This document shows, piece by piece, positions 9,880-17,266 of a DNA stretch of 17,266 nucleotides (position 1 is the stretch's first letter; each line of letters opens with the position of its first letter). The notes beneath the pieces are model-generated. The model searched no databases, was not told the DNA's origin, and worked only from the letters and a program-made list of their open reading frames with translations. This DNA is from Octopus sinensis. Lineage: Eukaryota. The DNA is taken from NCBI RefSeq assembly GCF_006345805.1, contig NW_021824922.1, forward strand, positions 1 through 17,266. The letters are read 5' to 3'. The position numbers were made by a program, and so were the translations under genes.

Positions 9880-10102
9880 CGTCCAAGTATCATCTAAGCA
9901 TTCGAAAGATGCCACTCCGCTCACTCGGAGGACAAGCCAACTTTCCTCCTGAACGGAACGCCAATCTGCTATAGGGTTACTCTTTTATAGCAGGGTGGAG
10001 TGAAGAGTTTTGCTCAAGAACACAAGGCAGCACCGCTCTGCGAGTGGAAAGCATAACCTTGCGATTTTACCCGCAACAACCCAAACACTGGGCCATTGCC
10101 TT
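9880..10102 (-). mobile_element. Strongly decayed CORE-type SINE related to family D
   Basis: Minus strand has AGGCAATGGCCCAGTG (A box), TTGTGTTCTTGAGCAAAAC (shared with the family D copy at about 16535-16553) and GATTGGCGTTCCGTTCAG (compare GACTGGCGTCCCATCCAG). The 3' boundary is uncertain. Confidence 0.55.
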
Positions 10103-10189
10103 TGGCATATATGTGTGTTTGTGTGCTTGTATTTAACAGCGTCATTAAGCGTTTGTGAATCGTTTCTTTGACGTTGTACCTCTCTTTCT

Positions 10190-10270
10190 TACTGTTTGTC
10201 TGTCCGTCTGTCTGTCTGCCGGTCTGTCTGTCTCTCTGTCTCTCTCTCTCTCTCTTTCTCACTGTTTCTC
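10190..10270. repeat. (CTGT)n/(CT)n microsatellite
   Basis: Directly visible. Confidence 0.9.
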
Positions 10271-10397
10271 TCTTTACCTGTTATTCGTACACATTTGTAT
10301 CAATTTACGTACAAAACCCTATTTCCTTCATATGAAATATGCTGATCGCTAAAAAAAAACCCATACCAAATGCAAGTCAATAACATTTCCAAAATGG

Positions 10398-10417
10398 GGA
10401 TATGTATATATACAACT

Positions 10418-10473
<56 letters not shown>

Positions 10474-10570
10474 TAATATATATATATAATATATATAATA
10501 TATATATACATATACATACATATATATATATATTATATATATATAATATATATATACATATACATGCATA

Positions 10571-10608
<38 letters not shown>

Positions 10609-10695
10609 TATATATATACCACATATACATACATATATACATATATACATACATATATATGCAATCCTCATCTACCTACATATACATATATATTT
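10398..10695. repeat. (TA)n/(TACA)n microsatellite
   Basis: Directly visible. Confidence 0.93.
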
Positions 10696-10987
10696 GAATG
10701 ACCCAGGGACCCTCTGCGATCTGAAAACGATTCATTTGGAATTAAAGACGCTGCAAATTGTGTAAATGGGAAAAAGCTAATATTTCCCTACCGTCCTACA
10801 ATGCAGCCTATTATGAAAATGGCCGACTCTTTGCTCCTTGCACGTATTCCTTTTTCTTTTCTTTTCTTGTGAGAAATTCGATTGCTCAATCTTCTGATTT
10901 AATGGCATGCGTTCGTTAGTCGCTGACAAATGAAATTTACAATGAATTCGTAAAGAAGGTACAGTCTCTGGCTTCGTGTGTGCCTGA

Positions 10988-11407
10988 ACACAAACACACA
11001 CACACACTCACACACACACACACACACACTCACACACATGTATATATATATATGCACTTTGATATATACATATGTATATGTATGTATGTATATATACATA
11101 TGTATGTATATAAATAGTCTTTGGCTTCGTGTGCGCGTTTTTATATATGTGTGTGTGTTTTTTTATATGTATGCGCGTTTTTTATATGTGTGTGTGTATG
11201 TATATATACATATATATATGTGTGTGTGTTTTTATATATGTGTGCGCGTTTTTTATATGTGTGTGTGTATGTCATATATACATATGTATATGTATGTATG
11301 CATGTATTTATATATATGTATATATATATACATATATAAATGTATATATACATGTATATGTGTGTGTGTGTACATATATACATACATAGCATATGCGCAT
11401 GCATATG

Positions 11408-11441
<34 letters not shown>

Positions 11442-11550
11442 CATATATACATACATACATAGCATATGTATATATGTTTAGGTTTATATGCATATGATTT
11501 TTGTTATATATTCGAGTATGTGTGTGTGTATCTGTGTGTGCGTGTGTGCA
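10988..11550. repeat. Compound (CA)n/(TA)n/(TG)n array with GCGCGTTTTT(T)ATAT units
   Basis: Directly visible; the GCGCGTTTTT unit recurs three times at about 11133-11255. Confidence 0.9.
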
Positions 11551-11860
11551 GTGTATGTAAGATTATGTGTGAAAGTATGTATTTTGGTAATGAGTTATGG
11601 AATATCTTTGGAAAACTAATTCTACATTTTCAGGCTGATAAGGAATATATACTATAAAATTCGCATACACATACATGAGCTCACACGCATACGCAACCTG
11701 TACATACGTACGAACATTATTACGTACATACATACATATGTAAAGTCACCGGTACGCATACAACCACAAACATACAAACACATACACACACAAACTTATC
11801 AGTCTTCTTGGCAATCTCACCCTCTCTCTGTGCCCATCTCTACTTTTCCCCTCCATCATC

Positions 11861-11863
<3 letters not shown>

Positions 11864-11901
<38 letters not shown>

Positions 11902-11945
11902 ATCTGTCTATCTAGCTAGCTAGCTATCTCTATCTGTCTTTCTTT
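11864..11945. repeat. (CT)n/(CTAT)n/(TAGC)n microsatellite
   Basis: Directly visible. Confidence 0.9.
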
Positions 11946-12441
11946 TTAATTTCATGATTGTGGCAAAATCAAGCGTTATAAGTTCAGCTGCACTAGAATT
12001 CCAACGGCAAAAAAATAGGAGAAATGAGCAATAGAAATTTCAAAAAGAAATCTGCAGAATATGAACCAACTCATCGTTTGTATGTGTTCAATCGATGAAT
12101 GAGAAACAGTAGCTGAATCTTTCCCCGATGACAATCCTGCATCTTAAATATTAGAATGACGCAAAATCTAGAAGACAGTTTTTCAGCCTAGAGTAGATGG
12201 TGTCCTCCAGTTCGAAAAAAGAAACTTGTCTATGTGTTCGCACCAGCTAAAAATCTCGGATTTGGAATTAAGCAGTGTGGATGGATACTTGAATATGAAA
12301 ACAATGACTCCAGTCCAATGGCATAAATAAAAAAGATAAAACATGAAAAAAATCATTGATATTCAGGTTTCAAACAAGGCGTGATATCTACTTTCTAATC
12401 AATATAAAATGTTGCATAAATTTCTATTTCAACTTTTTACA

Positions 12442-12832
12442 CTTTACTCATTTACTTATTTCAGTCATTTGACTGCGGCCATGCTGGGGCACCGATTTTA
12501 GTCGAGCAAATCGACCCCAGGACTTATTCTTTGTAAGCCTAGTATTTATTCTATCGGTGTCTTTTGCCGAACCTCTAAGTTGCGGGGACGTAAGTACACT
12601 AGCATAGGTTGTCAAGCGATGTTGGGGTGACAAACACAGACATACACACACATATATATACATATATACGAGGGGCTTCTTTTCAGTTTCCGTCAACCAA
12701 ATCCATTCACAAGGCTTTGGTCAGCCCGAGGCTATAGTAGTAGACACTTGCTCAAGGTGCCACGCAGTGGGACTGAACCTGGAACCATGTGGTTGGTAAG
12801 CAAGCTACTTACCACACAGCCACTCCTGCGTC
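12442..12832 (-). mobile_element. tRNA-derived SINE, family A
   Basis: Reverse complement aligns end to end with 1474-1912 and has a shorter internal microsatellite (12631-12669). Confidence 0.87.
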
Positions 12833-12949
12833 TATAAAGGAAACATATTTAATCATCCCTAAAAAATGTATCATGCCATGTTTTTCTTAGATTTTGTTGA
12901 ACCTTTTGCATGTTATACCATGCAAATATTCAGTCTTTTTTCCCCCGTA

Positions 12950-13410
12950 TCTTCGTATTCTCGAAGATATATGCATACTGCAAGAAGGATGCCATGCTTT
13001 CACCTAGATATCATCACTATCATTTGCATTCACAACGGATATCCGTACCTAAAACGATATATATATCCTCCCACAGATATACAATGATTTCATCTCGGGC
13101 CGAATCGTTTCATACGCATTTTCAACAGATATACAGTGCCTCTATATACATGGATATATAATCTGTCGTATAAATTGTATTCACGACCGATGTCCATGCC
13201 TCTAGTGATATCTACATTATTTTTCCATCGTATCCTGCAGATTTCCAATCATATCACACGTGCCTTCTCTTACTTTAAATGATATGCGATGCCTCAGTAT
13301 TTTTCCGTTGCATAATTTGCAATTTCTACCGATATCTATGCCTCTAGCGTTACATCCACGTCTTCACCTATATTATGTCGTATCATTTGCATCGAGAATC
13401 GATATCCACA
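12950..13410. repeat. Old degenerate repeat region
   Basis: 12992-13044 vs 13356-13407 match 38/53 by eye; 13186-13205 vs 13328-13347 match 18/20. Confidence 0.5.
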
Positions 13411-13439
13411 ACTCAACTGATACGCCAGGCCTTCGCCTG

Positions 13440-13779
13440 GATATATATATGTATATATATATATATATATGTGTGTGTGTATGTGTGTGAGTGTTTGTGT
13501 GTGTGTATATGTATGTATATATATATATATATATATATATACGCAAACACACACATACATACAAATTTGCATGTTTGTATGCTTGTTTGTGTAAGCATAT
13601 ATAAATATATGTGTGTGTGTGTGTGTGTTTATGTAAGCATTTGAGTATATATATGCATGTATATAAATATATACATATATTTTATACGTATATATATATT
13701 TACATATAAATATACATACATACATACATACATACATACGTACATACTACATACATACATACATACATACATACATACA

Positions 13780-13814
<35 letters not shown>

Positions 13815-13830
13815 CTATATATTATATATA
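13440..13830. repeat. Compound (TA)n/(TG)n/(TACA)n microsatellite
   Basis: Directly visible. Confidence 0.93.
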
Positions 13831-14182
13831 TCCATTGGCAGACTCAAGCGATATATCATGCTTCTAGTCGTATACCAATAGCATGCCAAACAGCGATGTT
13901 TTTGTTCTTATCATTTGCTATTTTTCAATGCTGTTATCATTTGCTTTCTCAGGTATCTCATATCAGACCAATAACATTCAACTATTATTATCTCACTAGA
14001 CAATACACCCGTAACATGAACGATATTAGTTTCCTCGTCGAAAAACTAAGCGCTTAGCTTCAATTAATTGCATTGAACTGGCTTCAGCTGGCTTACACAG
14101 TAATTTTAACTCGTAGAGAAGAAAGTGGATGAAGACTTGGAGATGGAGAAATATAAATAATATAAAGAATATGAATAGCATA

Positions 14183-14236
14183 AATAAATAATAATAATAA
14201 TATAGTAATAATAATAATAATAATAATAATAGTAAC

Positions 14237-14271
<35 letters not shown>

Positions 14272-14325
14272 TGATGATAATAATAATGATAATAATAATA
14301 ATAAAATAAGATGATGATGATGATG

Positions 14326-14370
<45 letters not shown>

Positions 14371-14434
14371 TAATAATAATAATAATAATAATATTAATTA
14401 TAATAATAATGAAATAATAATAATAATAATAATA

Positions 14435-14485
<51 letters not shown>

Positions 14486-14490
14486 TAATA
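14183..14490. repeat. Imperfect (AAT)n/(GAT)n microsatellite
   Basis: Directly visible. Confidence 0.95.
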
Positions 14491-14569
14491 AAACAGTCAT
14501 TATTCATGTTCTCTGTTACAGTGTAGTGTTTTCTCTGAAGCATCTTACAAATCACTCAATTAGCATCAC

Positions 14570-14632
14570 ATGTATATATACACACATATACATATATAGA
14601 CACATACAGAAACACTCACTTGCACACACACA

Positions 14633-14663
<31 letters not shown>

Positions 14664-14690
14664 CACACACACACATGCACACACACTTTG
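14570..14690. repeat. (CA)n-rich microsatellite
   Basis: Directly visible. Confidence 0.9.
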
Positions 14691-14754
14691 CAAACAACTG
14701 CGATCGCACACACGCATATAAGTATTTATTTGCCCTCTTTTTCTTTGTCTTTCC

Positions 14755-15001
14755 GACATCATCATCATCATCATCTTCTTCTTCTTCTTCTTCTTCCTCC
14801 TCCTCATCATCATCACCATCATCATCTCTTTCTTCTTCTTCTTTTTCCTCTTCTTTTTTCTTCTTCATCATCATCATCATCATCATCATCATCTCTTTTT
14901 TCTACTTCTTCTCCTTTCTCTTCTTCTTCTCTTCTTCTTCTTCTCCTTCTTCTTCTTCTCCTTCTTCTTCTTCTCCTTCTTCTTCTTCTTCTCTTCTTCT
15001 T

Positions 15002-15032
<31 letters not shown>

Positions 15033-15210
15033 TCATCATCATCATCACCATCATCATCTCTTTCTTCTTTTTCTTTTTCTTCTTCTTCATCATCATCATC
15101 ATCATCATCTCTTTTTTTCTACTTCTTCTCCTTCTCCTTCTTCTTCGTCTTCGTCTTCTTCTTCTTCTTCTTCTTCTTCTTCTCTTCTTCTTCTTCTTCT
15201 TCTTCATCAA
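14755..15210. repeat. Compound (TCT)n/(TCA)n microsatellite with higher-order duplication
   Basis: Directly visible; a block with shared interruptions occurs at 14805-14916 and 15037-15133. Confidence 0.93.
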
Positions 15211-15373
15211 CATCATTGAAGACTTCGCGCAGTATCCAATATCGTGATGTTGTGGATTGAAAATATTGTTCCTACCGAGGAAAGGGTTGTATTGTTTGTC
15301 AAGTCATTGTTTGTATTCGACTAAACCTTTAGTTTTGTTTAACATTAATGATTATCTCAAATTAAGTCGGTAA

Positions 15374-16036
15374 TTATAAATATGAAATTATAAATAAGAA
15401 AAATGAAATTATAAATATGAAATCTATATATATAAAACTGTAGTTGTGTGAGTGTCTGTCCCCTTCGATTTAGATTCCTAACTACTCCCACATTTTGCGG
15501 TGCAGTTTAACCAAATTCGGGTATCTTATAGCCGTGATTCATATCGAGCCCGTCTGGCTATTAGCGCGCGTCTACGATGAGTCTACGATTTTAAAAATAA
15601 TTTAAAATAATTTTTTATTCCATTTTAATGCATAATTTTTCGTGTGTCGATGGCGGCGGAGTTGGCTTCCATGGTCACAACCTGCACCTGTTTGCTTCCC
15701 CCTTCTTCCCCCCTACGTGAAGCTGCCCCTGAGGGGGAGGGAGGTAAGTGTAAGGAAATCAACGTCGTTAAAGCGTGTCAAGGTGACCAGCGTTCTTTTA
15801 GAACAACGACTTCATGGCTTGAAGACACCAAAACAGAAATGGCTAAGAAAGCCCGAATTGGCATCTATAAGGGAAGTAACTCTCTAAAAATGCTTATATA
15901 GTTATTTCCCTTACAAATCCGAGCAACGCCGGGCGATACTGCTAGTTGTAAATAAGAAAAATGAAATTATAAATATGAAATTATAAATAAGAAAAATGAA
16001 CTTATAAATAAGAAAAATGAAATTATAAATATGAAA
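15374..16036. repeat. AT-rich minisatellite of 14-bp and 21-bp units, split by a Helitron
   Basis: X=TTATAAATATGAAA and Y=TTATAAATAAGAAAAATGAAA. The order is X-Y-X at 15374-15422 and Y-X-Y-Y-X at 15946-16036. Confidence 0.9.
15423..15945 (+). mobile_element. Non-autonomous Helitron, 523 bp
   Basis: 5' TC (TCTATATATATAAAA), 3' CTAG, a GC-rich subterminal hairpin TCCGAGCAACGCCGGG (15918-15933) 12 nt before the end, insertion between A15422 and T15946, and no TSD. Confidence 0.88.
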
Positions 16037-16170
16037 TTCAAATGTTACTGACTGGCAGAATCTAGAATTCAAAACATTGGTGAATATACTGTTATTACTA
16101 TTTAGCAACAGTTTTCCTCTAGGGCCATCTTTGTCAGTGGTTTTAAGCGAGAGTTTTATCAATTTCAAAT

Positions 16171-16350
16171 TATAGTACAAGGCGGGTTGATTAAGTCAAC
16201 CCCTGTGTCCAAATATGATCTATTTTATCGATCTTGTGAAAAAAAATCTAAGGGTAGTGAACCTCCTGGAATTTGAACTCAGATCGTACAGGCGTATGAA
16301 ATGACGGTAAGCATTTTTGCCTGACGGGCTTACGATTCTGCCACCCCGTT
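16171..16350 (-). mobile_element. Decayed SINE, family B
   Basis: Contains GGAATTTGAACTCAGA, TAAGCATTT, ACGATTCTGCC and TTTTATCGA, matching the reverse complement of 8639-8810. Confidence 0.65.
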
Positions 16351-16452
16351 GCATAAAAGCGCTGTGCGAATTAAACGCCTTATACTAATGTTCGCACACT
16401 ATCTTAAAGAGAGCAGCGAGATATAATTTCATCAATGTATCTCTCTTTATTT

Positions 16453-16714
16453 GTGGAGGCGCCTGGCTTAGTGGTTAGAGTGTCAGCATCATGATCGTAA
16501 GATTGTAGCTTCGATTCCTGGACCGGGCGACGCGTTGTGTTCTTGAGCAAAACACTTCTTTCACGTTGCTCCAGTCCACTCAGCTGGCAAAAATGCGCAA
16601 CGCTGCGATGGACTGGCGTCCCATCCAGCTAGGGAATACATACACCATTGAAACCGGGAAACCGGGTCCATGAGCCTGGCTACGCTTTAAAAGGGCGCAT
16701 TTATTTATTATTAT
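16453..16714 (+). mobile_element. Full-length tRNA-derived CORE-type SINE, family D, with 15-bp TSD
   Basis: A box TGGCTTAGTGG, B-box-like GCTTCGATTCC, CORE-like TTCTTGAGCAAAACACTT...CTCAGCTGGCAAAAATG and a TTA tail. TSD TATCTCTCTTTATTT at 16438-16452 and 16715-16729. Confidence 0.88.
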
Positions 16715-16745
16715 TATCTCTCTTTATTTATGATTATTTTTTTGC

Positions 16746-16886
16746 CTGCTCAAATTCCGCCGAGGTCGACTTTGCCTTTCACCCTTCAGGGTTCGATAAA
16801 TTACGTATCAGCTGTGTACTAGGGTTGATCTAAATGATTGGCCCCTTCCCCCAAAATTCGGGCCATGAGCCTAGTGTAGAAAAGAT
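16746..16886 (+). mobile_element. 5'-truncated SINE, family B
   Basis: TCAAATTCCGCCGAGGTCGACTTTGCCTTTCA...TCGATAAATT matches 8715-8770; the tail ends GTAGAAAAGATT. Confidence 0.8.
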
Positions 16887-17064
16887 TTTTTTTGCCTGAT
16901 GTTTGAGTTATGTCCGATGATCATGTAACCTCTTTTTGATATAATAAAGTAAACGATTATTCCAGAACTAAATATATTTAAAGAACTTGGAGAATACTGG
17001 TCAGAGTACGATAAAAAGATTCAAGAACACTAGTTTAACGAGTTGCACAATTCTTATTTTAGAC

Positions 17065-17266
17065 GTTTGATTCCCAGACCGGGCGTTGTGGGTGTTTATT
17101 GAGCGAAAACACCTAAAGCTCCACGAGGCTCCGGCAGGGGATGGTGGTGATCCCTGCTGTACTCTTTCACCACAACTTTCTCTCACTCTTACTTCCTGTT
17201 TCTGTTGTACCAGTATTTCAAAGGACCGGCCTTGTCACTCTCTGTGTCACGCTGAATATACCCCGA
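17065..17266 (+). mobile_element. SINE family C, 5'-truncated (no A box), cut by the window end
   Basis: About 10 differences over ~200 bp from the reverse complement of the 9372-9760 copy, counted by eye. Confidence 0.9.

Noticed and set aside
10874-10959. Exon-like segment with a polypyrimidine tract, AG and AAG|GTACAG
   Set aside because: Stops occur in all three frames.
10964-11136. 21-bp near-duplicate AGTCT.TGGCTTCGTGTG.GC on both sides of a microsatellite
   Set aside because: It could be a TSD or local duplication, but the enclosed sequence is only simple repeat, so no element can be supported.
12189-12330. Acceptor-like TTTTTCAG followed by a 47-codon open frame and an AATAAA
   Set aside because: The peptide is unrecognised and such signals are common in AT-rich DNA; no partner exon was found.
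1465-15260. Dozens of ORFs with poly-I, poly-Y, poly-L, YI-repeat, poly-S, poly-E or poly-K translations
   Set aside because: They are direct translations of microsatellites that lack stops in some frames; there is no coding signal.
15374-16036. Repeat-insert-repeat layout superficially like a CRISPR array
   Set aside because: The units are directly adjacent with no spacers, the context is eukaryotic, and the insert is explained as a Helitron.

Overview
AT-rich, repeat-saturated animal genomic DNA in which I can support no intact host protein-coding exon, tRNA or rRNA gene. The SINE families look like those I recall from Octopus/coleoid cephalopods (recall, not verified by search). The window contains: (1) a full-length, TA-flanked mariner (D,D34D) transposon with a frameshifted transposase at 15-1294; (2) about ten tRNA-derived SINE copies in four families, labelled A-D here, three with clear target-site duplications, including a head-to-tail dimer inserted as one unit; (3) a 523-bp non-autonomous Helitron inserted at an A|T junction inside a minisatellite; (4) probable fossil pieces of a restriction-like-endonuclease (R4/Dong-type) retrotransposon associated with (TAA)n arrays; (5) a ~185-bp imperfect palindrome; (6) many compound microsatellites, which account for almost all low-complexity ORFs in the supplied track. 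I found no convincing new multi-gene system. The best leads are about transposon biology and the hairpin.
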